From the NCBI RefSeq assembly GCF_036588685.1, contig NC_086377.1:22320001-22384000 (forward strand): a stretch of DNA of 64,000 nt. The letters run 5' to 3'. The translations under genes and the position numbers were made by a program. The DNA is from Mytilus trossulus (taxonomy: Eukaryota). Position 1 is the stretch's first letter; each line of letters opens with the position of its first letter. Below the pieces are notes generated by a model. It was given only the letters and a program-made list of their open reading frames with translations, was not told the origin of the DNA and did no database searches. This document shows, piece by piece, positions 45,830 to 60,416 of this stretch.

Positions 45830-48575
45830 AGTACAGTTACATAATATATATATTAACGAGTGTTCAATGGTTATGAAAGTAGTGGTATAATCATCTACTG
45901 CAATACGTTTTACCCTTAGGACATACAATTTCTTTTGCAATGAAAAAAGTAACGGTGCGACAAAATATAACCACGTTCCAGGTGAATAACATCGGTTTCT
46001 GACAAATCTTATAGCTCACGTAACGGTACCCAAATTGCACCTATTTTGACAGTTTTTTCACCTACTTTTTTATAGTCAAGACCACATTTTTCATTCTGTA
46101 TTGAATTTGTAGCCGTATCCTTCTTTATTATAGAAGTGCACCAATTTATTTTTGAATCCATTGTGAATCATAGGAAAGAAATGGGCTTGAAACAACCGCT
46201 AAATAAAGGCAACAGTAGTATACCGCTGTTCAAAACTCATAAATCCATGGACAAAAAACAAAATCGGGGTAACAAACTAAAACCGAGGGAAACGCATTAA
46301 ATATAACAACGACACAACACCGAAACGCAACTCACACAGAAACAGACCACGCATCAGACAAAATACCACGAAAATAACAAATATAACATCAAAACCAAAT
46401 ACATGAATTTGGGATAGACAAGTACCGTCTTATCTTAATATCTCAAAAATAAGAGAAAACAAACGACACAACGTTAAAATGCAACACACACAGAAACGAA
46501 CAATAATATAACAATGGCCATCTTCCTGACTTGGTACAGGACTTTTGTAAAGGGGAATAAAAATGGTGGGTTCAACCTGGTTTTATGGCATGCCAAACCT
46601 CGCACTTTAATGGCAAAGTTAAATATAGCATTGAAATGACAACATAATATTACAGGACTACAATACAAATTAATAGGAGAACATATTAGACAAAGAAACA
46701 CATGATTAATAGATAACAAAAAGCATCAGGTTTAAAATTCAATACGCAAAAAACGCGCCTCGTCCACACAAGACTCACCAGTGACGCCCAGATATAAAAG
46801 ATCGAAAGTGAAAAAAGTACAAAGTTGTACAGCACTGAAGATCAAAAGTTGAAAAAGGTTGTGCCAAATACGGCTTTGTTTTTATACTTGGGATTAGACC
46901 ATCCTCATTATTTAGAACAATTCATGCTATTGCAAACAGTAAATTTTATCAAATGAATATGAAAGAGATCTACATAATGAAACTGAAGTATTAACTAATT
47001 ACAGAAAACTAAACCCGAATACATAATGCTAAAACCAACACAGAATAGACACACCCGACTCAGTCCAGGCGTCCATAATTCATGATTCCGAAATGAGGAA
47101 TACTCAAATTGCATCCATGCTTAAACTCACATCATTAAAAATCAAATGCAGAACAATTTGACCTTATTACATGCTCACTATTCATTTGTTTATAAAATGG
47201 ATGCTTGAAATTTTAAAATATCAAAATCAATAGACATCACTTATGTGAGGTCAAACATGGTATACTAGAAGTACTGGATATCTCGGGAAAAAATATTATT
47301 GTCGCACGTCATTAACTATATCAGTTTCGATATGCCGCATTAATCCAAGTTGGTCGTCGCAGAATATCAAAATTAACAAATGTTCTTCAGATTGGGTTAT
47401 TAAATGTGTAGTTTTGACGTTCCATCATTAAAACTAAGAGCCCTATGACACCAAGTCCATGACATATTGATCAATTGAGGAACAGGAAAGAAATATGACA
47501 TGTAATGCGGATGATATCTATAGGTTGCATTTCTGTAAATATTGACAATGCCATTTCCCATAGGAACTCCTTTAACGGATAAAACTGTACCACTTTTGCT
47601 ATGAAGTTTTGAAAAAAATCTTATTCTAGAATTGAAAGTTAATTTGCACCACATTTTTTTTCAAAGGTCAATATATAGGGCTGTGCGGCATATTTTCAAC
47701 GTTTGTATGCCCTGAACTTCTCAAAGTTTAAACTTACACTAATGTTCTTAACTACCGCTACCTCGAATGAAAGGTTACCACAGATTTCAATATAAACAAT
47801 ATGCACGTGTTTATTTACTGGTAACATTCCCAAGTTCTGTCTCTGCGATATTGAACACAATGAGCATAACTGGGAACCAGTATGTAAAGAACATTATTTT
47901 TATATAAATATACGATTACTCCCCAAAAGAGGAGGGTTTTCAGAAACAGTTGTATTTACAAAGTGCAACCTATAGTCATATGTTACAGAGACATTACTTA
48001 ACTGTCAAAAAGATCCTGAAAGCATCCTGATATTTTTTTAAATGTTTCCATTTTTCGAACACTTGGTTCAATTGTATTTGTATTTTAGCAGCAACCTTTT
48101 ATCACTACAACACAATCAAAATAATATCGTATGAATTGCAATATTCACAATACATGAAATCAGTATTGTCTCAAACTTTCATGCTCTCAAACACCAACAA
48201 GTAAATGCAAACTAAATCAAAACCATGGCAAAACGTAGGCGACAAAACACAACACAACATAAGAAACATAAACTATACCAAGACCGGCATGTCCTACTTA
48301 CTGACGGTAACGAAAATTTGATGCCACAATACGTGACAACGACTGATCAATGTGCAAGTTGAAAAATTCAATTTAAGACCTTACTTGTAATAATGTGTAA
48401 CTTTCTTTTCGAACATAATACAATATCAAGTTATTACTTTCAGTACAGTTTTTAAGTGTTAATATTTTTAAATTAATTTATTTTCCTTCCAGTTTTATTC
48501 TTTCTATTCTATCTATTGTAATTAGTATATATAAAATGAAATAAAACACTATGTCCTTCCGTTATTGTATATATG

Positions 48576-51500
48576 CTATGTTGGTGTTTTGGGAATGACT
48601 TGTTTAGAATCAAGTGTTTTCGGAACCAGGATCCTTTTATCCGTAAAATCTGTAAATTTCTCACATGCCTTTATTGCAGTGTTTTGTACCTAAAAAAAGG
48701 CAAAGTATTTACATTAGCAATTCACCAAATTTCAAAATATTACGAGATTAAATCAGGAAAAGAAGAAATTGGAGAAAGACTATATCAAAGCAGATCATTG
48801 AGTCCATTGTTTCAGTCATAGTACTTTCAATTTGACGAAATAAATAAGACATTGAAAGAGGACCATGTCTGCATAGTTAGTTTTACGTATAAAACGTTAA
48901 TTTATTACAAAATGATTAGCGATGTGTGAAAATGTGGAAAAATCCGTTCAGATATATACCAATTTTATACTGTTTAAAACACAAAACGTGGGGTTTTACC
49001 ATACTCATTATTCCTATCAAAAATGTTTGTTGTAAAGTAATTATTTTCTAATTAAGGGAGTGACGAAAGATACCAAAGGGACAGTCAAACTCATAAATAT
49101 AAGATAAACTGACAACGCCATGGCTAAACAAGAAAAAGACAAACAGACAAATAATAGTACACATGACACAACATAGAAAACTAAAGAATAAACAACACGA
49201 ACCCTAAATAAAACTAGGGGTGACTCAGGTGCTCCGGAAGGGTAAGCAGATCCTGCTTACATATGTATGCGTATTATGTTTTATGGCCTTAGTATTAAGA
49301 GATACTCACCAGTTTTAATTTACCTTTCATTAAAACCCTAATCGAATCGTTTAAACATCAATGATGTAACATTGATTTTACCTCATTCAATTCAGTAATA
49401 TTACCTTCAATGCAAGAGACTTTCATCGTCAATTGGACGAGTATAGGTAAAATAAATACAAACAACAAATCTTTGTTAGAAACTTGCTAAAATTAAAGCA
49501 CAGAAAAGATACCCGATTAACCTAATAAGGGTCAAATTCGTACCGAAGAAAAAAGAAAACGTACTTTCTCCAAGCGTTGATATTGTGGATGATGATGTGG
49601 TTTACATGATTGGTTAGACACCGTGTTGTATGCTGTCAATAAAGCCCATCGTCTGTTTGCACTGCTATTCTGTCCACTACAGTGCAATAAATTGCAATGA
49701 AAAAATAGAGCGTCTCCTTAAAATAAACATGGCAAAAAAAATACAATCATGATAACTAAAATTTTAAATATCACTGATATATTTTCATGCTTTCACACTT
49801 AATGTAAGACTTCAATGAAGGTCCATTTCTATGTTCCTATTTACTTAAAACAAAACATATAAAAGCGTCTCAAAAACACAGCTTACTTTTCTAGCTGCTA
49901 TCGATGATTAGCTTCTACTGCATTGTTTTTGTATAATTTTATATGCGTTATGTAGAGGGAAGAAATAATTTTTCTTATGGAGACTCAAGGGTACAAAAAA
50001 ATCAGCAAAAAAAAACAAAAACATTTCATTACAAACTTAATTCATAACACTATTCGTTGTTACTTTATGATATTGTACAAAAATCGGCTAAACAAAAAGA
50101 AATTCGTTTTGGCCCAAGGTGACTTTTAGAATATAAAATTGAGAATGGAAATGGGGAATGTGTCAAAGAGACAATAACCCGACCAAATAAAAAACAAACA
50201 ACAGCAGAAGTTCACAAACAGGTCTTTAATGTAGCGAGAAATTCCCGCACCCGGAGGCGTCCTTCAGGTTTATCAATGAAAAAGTTCAAAATTATCTGCC
50301 ATAAATGCCATTTTTTCCCCATTAAAATTGAAATAACTTTCTTAACTCATTATTTTTTTTCAATTAAGCTGTGCTTAAACTGAACTAAAAAATAATTTTT
50401 AGTTTACAATAGTCAATATGGTCAACAATGATACATCACTCAAAATTTATAATTATTATTCCTAATGTATCAAATATTTTCTACAGTAAAAAGAAATAAC
50501 AACAAATTGTCCAATTTAAGACAAAATCGTTAAAAAGGTAAATCTTTTCTACTTTAAATTCCTCTGAAAGTCGCAAACGTTCATTCATTTTGTACAACAC
50601 TCGTCAACAGCAACACGCAATATCTGTACATGTATACAAATACGAAAACATGCTTGCGACATTTGTTGGGCTATTAATGAATAAATAATAATGCTGGTTT
50701 TTTTTCTTCGGTCGGGCTGTTGTCTCTTTGACACATTTCCCATTTCCATTTTCAATTTTAATCAAATAAAAATAAACCCCGATATGCTGTATAAATGTTA
50801 AGTTGTCAGTTGTGTGGAATTATTTCTTTCTATTTCAGATGTTAGTCTTAACAAACCCGACAGGTCAATGTTTTCGTCGCATACCAAAGCAACTGCATTC
50901 TTGCGTATTGGTTTTGCAAGTGTTTACATATTTGTTCTAGTTAAGATACTAAGCATAGTTATTCTATATTAAATAATAAGATGATATTTCACCTGGATTG
51001 AGTAAGCAGTATTTCATCGGAAAACGGGCCATTATTTTATCAAGTCTTGACGAGTCAGTGACAGTCAATTGCCCTTCTAATTTGTGATCTAGACGTCCGC
51101 ATTTGTGGGAGCCTTCTATTATCTGTCACACAAAAAAGGGGCTACGTTATTAAAAAACAAAAGACAACATGATAGTTATATTATAATGTTTTATTATGAC
51201 ATATGCTTATCCTTTTATTGTGGAAAAAACATTTTTTTCTGTTGAACTGATATTTTTTGTTTCATCTGCCGTCTGTCAGTTCATGTTTTTATGTTTACTG
51301 ACATAATGGAAGACATGTTTGCCATTCAATTCTTAGAGATGTTGAGTGTCTCGTTCATTCCCTGTAACCGGACTCTTGTTCTAAATAGAAGTTATCTCCC
51401 CATGTCCCATTTTCTTGGTATAATTTTCAGTTCTCTAAAACCGTTATATTATAAATAAACGTTCTTAACAAATTGTTCGTATATTCAAACAAAAGGATAT

Positions 51501-54500
51501 TGAATGACATTGTATGGGAGTTATTCCCCTTCAAATATGTGATATAAAGTGAGAAAAGTCAAAGTAATGTTCTTTGTTTTAAACTTAACCTGTTATTTAT
51601 TCCAAAATATAATTTAATACAATGTTTTCAATGCCAATATTGCAAACTTTCGTTTCTTGTAACAGTATAATCAACAATCACAACTGATATTGATAATATC
51701 AACAAATAGAAAACAATATATATCAAATTTTAACTAAAATATGAGAAAGTTATCAGCTAATTCGACAAGTGAGTTTATTAATCCAAATTTCAGTGGTTAG
51801 TCCCTATTTGAAGGATTAATATGGCAATACAGTTTAAAGCGTGTATCGTAGTTACTTGTGCATGTGCATTGCCAGAAAAACGAATACCATCTAAAAGATT
51901 TTGTAACATCATTTTACTTTTTGAACCTTTTGGATTATAGCTCTTCATATATTATATAAGCTTTGGATCACTGAAGAGACATGTTTTGTCGAAATGCGAA
52001 TCTGGTGCAAGAATATTGCTACCGTTATTTGTATTACTGTCATTCCGTTAAAAATGGCAAAATCATTCTAAATTTGTCATTGAAAATAAAAATATCAAAA
52101 ATGGGCCGCCTTCAAACTCAGATAAAAATCTACAAGTACTATGCTCAGTCATTCGAAGACGAAACAAGAAGTGTGTATTGTCATAGACATGTCAAGCTGT
52201 ATTCTGTTATTAAATTTAGCTTTAATGACGACTATGGGGGTTGTTGCATTGACTCATTATGTTGCTAAATTTAACGAACTGCTACGAGTAATATAAAAAA
52301 GCACTTTTGTTTAAATGTGATTACCTGTAAACATCCGTTTGTTTTCTCACATTTATCTAAGGCTATAAATACTGTCATCATATTTGGCTCCAAAAACTCA
52401 TTTTGATACCAATATCTGTAAAGTTTGTTGAATGTAAAAAAAACACCTATTACTTGTTTGAGTAATGTAATTTACTCTTTTTTTAAGTATTAATAAACAA
52501 ATTTTCTGCACATATGTCAGAAAAAGTCTTTTAAAACAATGCCGGCATAATCCAGAATTAATAAAAGAACGAAGAGATATAGTATGATGAACAGTGCGAC
52601 AAATATTAACTTGAACGTGATCAAATGAATGTATATGATGAGCAACCGTTTGGATTTCAGCCATGAGAAAAATGTTGTATAAAAAAAGAACCAACTTAGC
52701 AACATTGAAATAAAGGAATTATTTCGGTAAACATATATAATTATCATAGAAATGATCTCTTTAACATATCACTATGCGTTGCTGTACAAAAGGGTGATAC
52801 AAAAAGTTTATCACATATTTGTTATGAATACCTTAGGTTTTGCATATCCAATAACCTCAAAATTGTCCGGGGCAAAAAAGAGGTATTGATATTGTGCCCT
52901 GTTCCTACTGACGTGACGTCATTGTATCCTTAACGACACGTTCGTGATAAATTGTTTAAGATTTTACCTTTTATGTATCATTAAAATGTTATAATTGACT
53001 TTTTTTCTCTCTTCTGCAGAACTTAAATATGTGCTAAAGCCTCGAGGTCGATATGGAAAAGGGCATTGTTCTAATCTATACATATTGCATACCCATAATC
53101 TTGATGCCACAAATGAGCTCCTCCTGTAAAAGGCTCTTTGGTAACCAACTTTCCATGATAGTGGTACACTTCGTCTCCAAGTAACTAAATAAAATGTTTA
53201 AATAAGGAAATTGTTTTGTATCAAAAATAGAATATTACAATATTTTGCAAATTTAAGCTATCACTGGCATCAGTTTAGTAGGTTTTTCAAATTGGAACAA
53301 GCATTTTCCAAGCCGATATGCCGATACCATATATATTCTGTTAAAGTGTGTTTGCGTCTATCTTTGATTAAGAGAAAGTATAGTTTTGTTTACAAATCTT
53401 TAACACAAACTATAAATTGTTACAATCTGATCTGTTTTATTTGATTTCTCAAACAATTTTTAGAATTGCATGAGGTTTCTTTCACAATTACAAATTTTGA
53501 ATCAACATGATGAATTATTCGAGTTCGGTCTATCTTAGAGTTTGCAATTGAGGAGAACTGTAATTAAAATATATTTATATTAGTGCATTATACATGTTAT
53601 ATACGGTGTTAATCTATTGGTTTTAGCATTGTACCAAGATATAGACGCATACCTGTTCGCATGTCCCGGCTACTTTTTCCGATCTACTGACCATTCCAAT
53701 GACGTCGTTACCCGGATGTCCCCATATGGTCAATTTTGCTTCACGACCTTGACAATCAGAAACCTTCAAAATACATGGAGGGAGCTTTTTATTAATAGCA
53801 CTTAATATCTGGAAGCCAAATATAAGAATATATCTGATTGATATACAAATCGACTCGGTATCTAACATGCAGGTGTTTTGCACTATGTTCTATTATTCAA
53901 TTGTCCAATTTCAAGTGCACTTATATCCTAAATTGTTGCATCAATTTATATACAAATAACAAAATTCTGAATAAATACAGCTTTCGTTTGAGTACCATTT
54001 GTAGCGAGAGGCTTGTACCTTATCGTCGAGAGAGCCAAACATATGCAGTACTATTAAAAATACATGTTGACATTTTCTAATCAAATTAAGTAATTTGAAT
54101 TTCGTTGTAAGTCTTAATATCGGATGTGTCGTTGATAACAGATAAAGATTACATAGTATGTTCTTTACTAAACATGGTTGAATTGAGAAATTAAACAAAC
54201 TACTTGATTAAGCAATACAATTAAGTGTCATGCAGGTACAATTTTTTGTTGGATTGAAATTTATGTTTCGTTGTTAAAACTGTTTAATTATTATGACAAC
54301 TTTACCTGCACTTTATTATTATTTAAAAGCTCTGCAGTAGATGGATCTTCAAACTCATTTATAACTTTCTCTACTTCTGTTGCATCTAAGACATTTCTGA
54401 TTATTAAAATGAAAATCAAACATGTTCAAACGTGCAAAATAATAAACACAGCTTTTTGAGTTAATTGCTAAATGTATCTGTAATTTAGATAGAATATCGC

Positions 54501-56521
54501 CTAAAGCGTAGTAATATAAAAAAAACGGATCGTTTTACCTGAGGAATAGATAACCTAAGCTATATCTTGTAAAATAATATTAAGAATAACGAATGTCCAA
54601 GGCTCTTCTACTTCGTTTTTAATTTAGCTTTTTTAAGTTTTACTTTTGTCTAAGAACGTTACCAAAGGGTGGTTCATCGAAAAAAAAATGTGCGTCTTGC
54701 GCATTAAATTTTAATCCGGGTAAAAAAAAATGTGTATTTAGTTTGATGAGTTATTCACTGCGTGTGCATGTTTTTTTTTTCAACTCATGAACATATTTGT
54801 TAAATAAACATTGGAAATTCACTTCTGTAAAACTACACACCAATAGTACGCTGGTTATTTTTGATGTGTCAACTGTTTCCATCATGAATCGTTTTCATAC
54901 CATTTATAACGCTGAGCAAAGTAAAATGGTATGAAAAAATGGTTTTAATTGCTTTTTTGTAAATTGAACCGAAATTAGGACATTCCTTTGGTAATCTTTA
55001 GTGTCCATTTAAAGACAACAACATTGAAAAAATACCGAACTCATGTAACGCGTATAGTCTTTTTTGCAAAGGACGCAATCCAAAGATCCAACACAACAAA
55101 CGATATGACCACAAAAGAGGGACGAAAGATACCAAAGGGACAGTCAAACTCATAAAGCTCAAATAAATTGGCAACGCCATCTGTCATACTGTGGACATGG
55201 TACAGACATTTCTTTATGTAGAAAATGGCTTATTACAACTGGTTTTCTAGCTATCTCACATCACGTCTGGTGTTGCATGTCATGTGTGATTTCAAGTGAT
55301 ATCCCAAAGTTTCCTCCTTATGACACCTTGTACTATAACGACATATAATTTGTATGGTAAAACGTCGACATACCTGATTACGATATATCCATACTTTTCA
55401 AAGTCTGTTTTTACTTTTGGTGTCACTTGAAATTGATCTCCATTAAACTGATAGACTTAAATAACAGAAAAATATTAGACATGATTCATGAAGAAAAGGA
55501 AAAGATTTCACTAATTTCAAAATAGAAGCAGTAGAAAGGAACTATTTAACGTATAATAAAAAACAGTCAACAAAATACATCATACAAAAAAAATAAATAC
55601 AGAGAACACAACATCAACTTAAATACGTGACCATATGTGTCCAGAATTGGCAGTATTTGCCCGAACACCTATAACTCGTTGTGTTGCCTTATTCAATTAA
55701 TATCCAGGAATTTCGTAAGTATTACATAAGTTGTTTACTTGAAGATTATTTTTATATTGATTGCTTTGCTCATAAATCTATTATAAATGATAAGAACTAT
55801 TCGTATGTGTTCGTTGACAATTGTTTTGCTTATTCAAATACGTGTTGTGCTGTAGAATAATATTTTTACAAAGTTTTTATACGATAAGGAGACGTGGTAT
55901 GATTTCCAATGAAAATACTATTCGCTAATCTTTAATTAAAGTGGATGTAAGGCAATTGTATGGTCTTCAAGAATGAGAAGGTCTCATTCATACCGTATAG
56001 TCGGCTATAAAAGGCGAAAACATGAAGAAAAAAAACCAGTTCACTTAATGTAAAAAAGCAACAATTTACAAAAAACAAATGTGACAGACATCAACCAACG
56101 TAAACCACTGACTTGCAGTAGCTCTTTTTAAAAAAAACCGTACCACTAAAATTGGTCTTAAGTCAAGAACAAATCAGTTAATTTACGATCAATCATAGTC
56201 TGTTTTTTTTTTTGCGAAATCGACTTCAGGCTCGTAACTTGGGAAAGCATACACATTATTTGAATATGACGGTTTTAAACATGTTTGTTATCGCTTAACT
56301 CTATTCCCAAACTTAGTACATTTGTAAAACACCACAAAATAAGACAAAAGGGTAAAAATCAGTTAAAAAAACTCATCAGATCGATGCAATCAGATAAAGC
56401 ACCCAACATAAACTCGACAGAAGAAGAGATATCAGTTACTATGGTACTTAACTATAACATGTATAAGGGTTATATTTGGGAAATGGCACTTACCTCCATT
56501 TAAGTCGCACTCCCCCGACAT
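48576..56521 (-). CDS. PhyH-family Fe(II)/2-oxoglutarate dioxygenase (L-proline trans-4-hydroxylase/ectoine hydroxylase-like), 296 aa
   Basis: 9 in-frame coding exons (891 nt incl. stop): 56521-56494, 55455-55374, 54396-54306, 53763-53653, 53184-53093, 52415-52325, 51122-50993, 49716-49565, 48689-48576. Motifs: [33 protein letters not shown] (HxD), IALD...[38 protein letters not shown] (distal His and 2OG-binding Arg). Confidence 0.93.
49058..49260. repeat. Interspersed repeat family A (gacgaaagataccaaagggacagtcaaactc...ggtgctccggaagggtaagcag)
   Basis: Copies at ~11516-11615 and 14140-14245 (inverted), 29011-29180, 55113-55180 and 57168-57275. Confidence 0.75.
51967..52008 (+). ncRNA. Hammerhead ribozyme motif in an internally deleted family 1 retrozyme fragment
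   Basis: AUCA-CUGAAGA-GACA(uguuu)UGUC-GAAA-UGCGAA-UC-UGGU. Antisense to the dioxygenase intron; the stem III palindrome is mutated. Confidence 0.65.
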
Positions 56522-59500
56522 TGTGTAGCTTTTTTTCCTTTTGAAAAATATTACAACATTTTTATTCTGATTGGTGTACAATTTTATGAATAATTTCGTT
56601 TTGTAGAAAATATACTCAACTGTTTTGTCTACACATTGATTGAATTTTCTAACATAGTGGATACTCAATTGCGTTGTTGTTTTTAACGGAAATGTAAGTT
56701 TTTAACTAATCTTTTTGTATATGTTTCTGATTAACATTTAAATTGAATTGAATGATATCCGTTGACAGTGTTTAATTCATGTGGCACTTTCTCAAGATAA
56801 TTATATTCGGATAGGTCTACATTTTTATGGATTATTATTCTATATAACCTAAACAACACAGTTTTAGAAGGCTTATATTTTTCTTATATGGTGCGTGGAT
56901 TGTGGACGACAATGTGTGTTTTTCAAATATTGTTGTTTACAAATTACTTTACTATACAACTTAAATTGAATGGAGTTCTTAGAAAGTGTTTAATTTTTCA
57001 ATAAATCTACCGCATTGTTTATACAATTAAAATAATAGTATAACTAAACAGTGATACATTTATCTAGTGCAAGAATATAGACAACAGTGTTGGTTTTAAA
57101 TCAAATCAAACCAAACTTTCTTGACATTGGTTTATAATGCCATTTATAGTAAAATTCAAGAGTTGTAAAGAGGGACGAAAGATACCAGATAAACTCATAG
57201 ATTGAAAATAATCTGACAACGGCATGGCAAAAAAAAAGACCAAGAGCAAATACTATCACATAAGACACAACATAGATGCATGATAATATAGCAAGTTGAT
57301 GTAGTTGGGTAATGGATGTTGATGTTCATTTCATTTATACAAAATAGTGATCAATAGCGATTAAGTTAAAGTATGTCTGACAAGCATTATTATCCATACA
57401 TCACGACGATAACTGTAGACAACATATACACATCGTAAATAATATTACACTATCCAGAAACTGTTATAATTTATCAATTGTATTATGCGCAATGGTATAC
57501 GTTCAATAACCAGTCGAAAATAACTGTGAATCTTACCTAAATTATATATATGGTGTCCTTTTGTTACATTATTATCTTTCGTATATGCATAAAGGTAAAG
57601 GTTATCTCTGATTATAAGGTAAATGTAAAATCTAGTCCAAAGGTTACCCTATATTTTATTGTTTTAAGTAATATAAAATAGGTACATTCCCTTCTAGAAT
57701 TAAAAAGTAAACCTTGACTTTAATTTAACATGTTGTGTTATTTTTCCACATAACAGCTCCTATTAAAAAAAATAACAAATGTGAAATACCTGAACGGTAC
57801 AAATTTAAAGTATGATAACAATTAGTAATTATATTTACCAATTACATGAATTATGCCCTTGTAAGAATGATTAAAGTTGCGATAAAGAAACCCATGGTGT
57901 AATAACTTCGATGTAATACAAAGATTGTTTTCGTTAAAATCAAAATCGTAGATACATACACGAGCGAATGGAACAAATTGAGATTTATAAACACCATAAG
58001 ATTGTTAGAAAGAAACATCTTCGTCTACGTGTAACAATATATAATTAACAATAACAATTGAAAAAATAATCTATTCTATCAGTATTAAATCACGTAAGGT
58101 ATTACAATTCTCTGCATGGTCATGTTTTTAACAGAGAGGCATATGTGGATGATAATAAAAGTATCTCACTGTGTTATCCTTCACCTTCACTAAAATAGAT
58201 TTGGCTCGTTTAATTTTCAGAAAACTTTGACAAGGTATTTACATTGACCCTTTGACAAAAATACAGAAATATTACACTAGTTATATAATAGTTTGACGAA
58301 CACTTATTTAGATCAGCAAGAGGCTTAATATTAACAACAAGTCCTGCAATCAAGCTATTGAATTGTACAAATATAACATTTTTTTAAATTTCTTAAATCA
58401 TAAGTATGTCGTTTATCAGTATTACCAATGTTATTTAAACTGATCGGGCGGAGCTTAAGTTTTAATTAGCATAAGGACAGTCTATTTGAAGATGTGTGTG
58501 GCAAGGATGATTACCGTTATAATTATAACTGATTTCTAATCACCTATCAGTGTTATCAAAGTAATTTACTAAAGAATAACTGGACACTTCATTAATGAGT
58601 TTATCCTAAAACACCTATTCATAGATGGAATGGTTTGTGATGAGCGAACTGGTGAAGCTCCGCCCAGTCAAGTGAAATAAATAGAGTAATATCAATAATC
58701 AGTAAACATGTGAATTTCAATAGTGTCCACACGGGTATGCTGATATGAACTGCTTGCTTCCTGTTTCTGTATGAATATGACATTATTTTTTGTTTCAAAG
58801 CCCTTATCAAGTTTCCTTGTGTACATTGATTTATAATGATGTGTGTTTTTATTATAAATAGGTAATAACAGCGTTATGACCATAACTCAACCCGTTCAGT
58901 TACAGTAACACACATTAATCATGACAGGTGAGTTTGTATATATTTATTAATTGAAACGTTAAATGTGTTAACATCACATGTAAAGGCAAAATAGGACTAA
59001 CTTTATAAACAAAAAGCTTCTTATATCTTTACTTGATATATAAGGGAAACAAACAGAAAATATTCACTACCAAATATACATACTTCTTCAGAAAAACTAA
59101 ATGGTTTTCAACAATAGCATATCCAATTAATCCGGTCTTTAATACGGAAATGATGAATGTTTATCATGTTTATTGTTTGAAGGTAACATATAATCACAAT
59201 TTTCCAAGGGAATCCATTTCAATTATATTTTCCCCGAGTTTGTTCGCATTTCCTCCCTGATCAATTGTATTTATGACAACCATATTGTGAAAGTTCGCTA
59301 TCCTCCCCCCGTATATTCAAAAGAACCTTCAAGTACACATATCAAATTATAACACTAAAGGTTTTTCTCATTGAGTAAGACTCCTCAATACATCAACATA
59401 ATTTAAAGACTTCACATGTAAATATAATCAAAACAATACTAGTGTACGAGGGTATCACCAGCCAAGTAGCCAGTACTTCGGTACTGGCATGAAAATACGG

Positions 59501-59683
59501 ATTTGTTTGTGTTATTAAAATTTGCTGTTACAAAATATTAGAAATTATTATAAATTAAGGAATGTATCTCCCTCATGCAAAGCTCTGATTCCTTTCATGA
59601 ATTTGACTATACTTTTTGGACCTTTTGGATTGTAGCTCTTCATCTTTTATTTAAGCTTTGCATTTCAAATATTTTGGCCACGA

Positions 59684-59727
59684 GCATCACTGAAGAGACA
59701 TTTTTTGTCGAAATGCGCATCTGGTGC
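59684..59727 (+). ncRNA. Type I hammerhead ribozyme, unit 1
   Basis: GCAUCA-CUGAAGA-GACA(uuuuu)UGUC-GAAA-UGCGCA-UC-UGGUGC. Predicted cleavage after 59721. Confidence 0.88.
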
Positions 59728-60034
59728 AACAAAATTGGTACCGTTGATTTTATTACTACCACTGGGTCGATGCCTCTGCTGGTGGACTATTAGTCCCCGA
59801 GGGTATCACCAGCCCAGTAGCCAGTACTTCGGTACTGGCATGAAAATACAGATTTGTTTGTGTTATTAAAATTTGCTGTTACAAAATATTAGAAATTATT
59901 ATAAATTAAGGAATGTATCTCCCTCATGCAAAGCTCTGATTCCTTTCACGAATTTGACTTTACTTTTTGGACCTTTTGGATTGTAGCTCTTCATCTTTTA
60001 TAGAAGCTTTGGATTTCAAATATTTTGGCCACGA

Positions 60035-60078
60035 GCATCACTGAAGAGATATTTTTTGTCGAAATGCGCATCTGGTGC
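60035..60078 (+). ncRNA. Type I hammerhead ribozyme, unit 2
   Basis: Same core. A C>U change in stem II keeps a wobble pair. Predicted cleavage after 60072. Confidence 0.85.
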
Positions 60079-60373
60079 AACAGAATTGGTACCGTTGATT
60101 TTATTACTACCACTGGGTCGATGCCTCTGCTGGTGGAACATTAGTCCCCGAGGGTATCACCAGCCCATTAGCCAGTACCGAAAAATACGGATTTGTTTGT
60201 GTTATTAAAATTTGCTGTTACAAAATATTAGAAATTATTATAAATTAAGGAATGTATCTCCCTCATGCAAAGCTCTGATTCCTTTTACGAATTTGACTAT
60301 ACTTTTTGGACCTTTTGGATTGTAGCTCTTCATCTTTTATATAAGCTTTGGATTTCAAATATTTTGGCCACGA

Positions 60374-60416
60374 GCATCACTGAAGAGACATTTTTTGTCG
60401 AAATGGCATATGGTGC
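60374..60416 (+). ncRNA. Type I hammerhead ribozyme, unit 3 (variant)
   Basis: Core intact, but there is a 1-nt deletion in the stem III palindrome (UGGCA) and the cleavage site is UA. Confidence 0.6.

Noticed and set aside
58850-58935. Plus-strand TATA, TCAGTT and ATGACAG|gtgagt suggesting a divergent gene
   Set aside because: No in-frame downstream coding exon found in the window; the acceptor at ~62575 leads to stops in all frames. It cannot be supported without transcripts.
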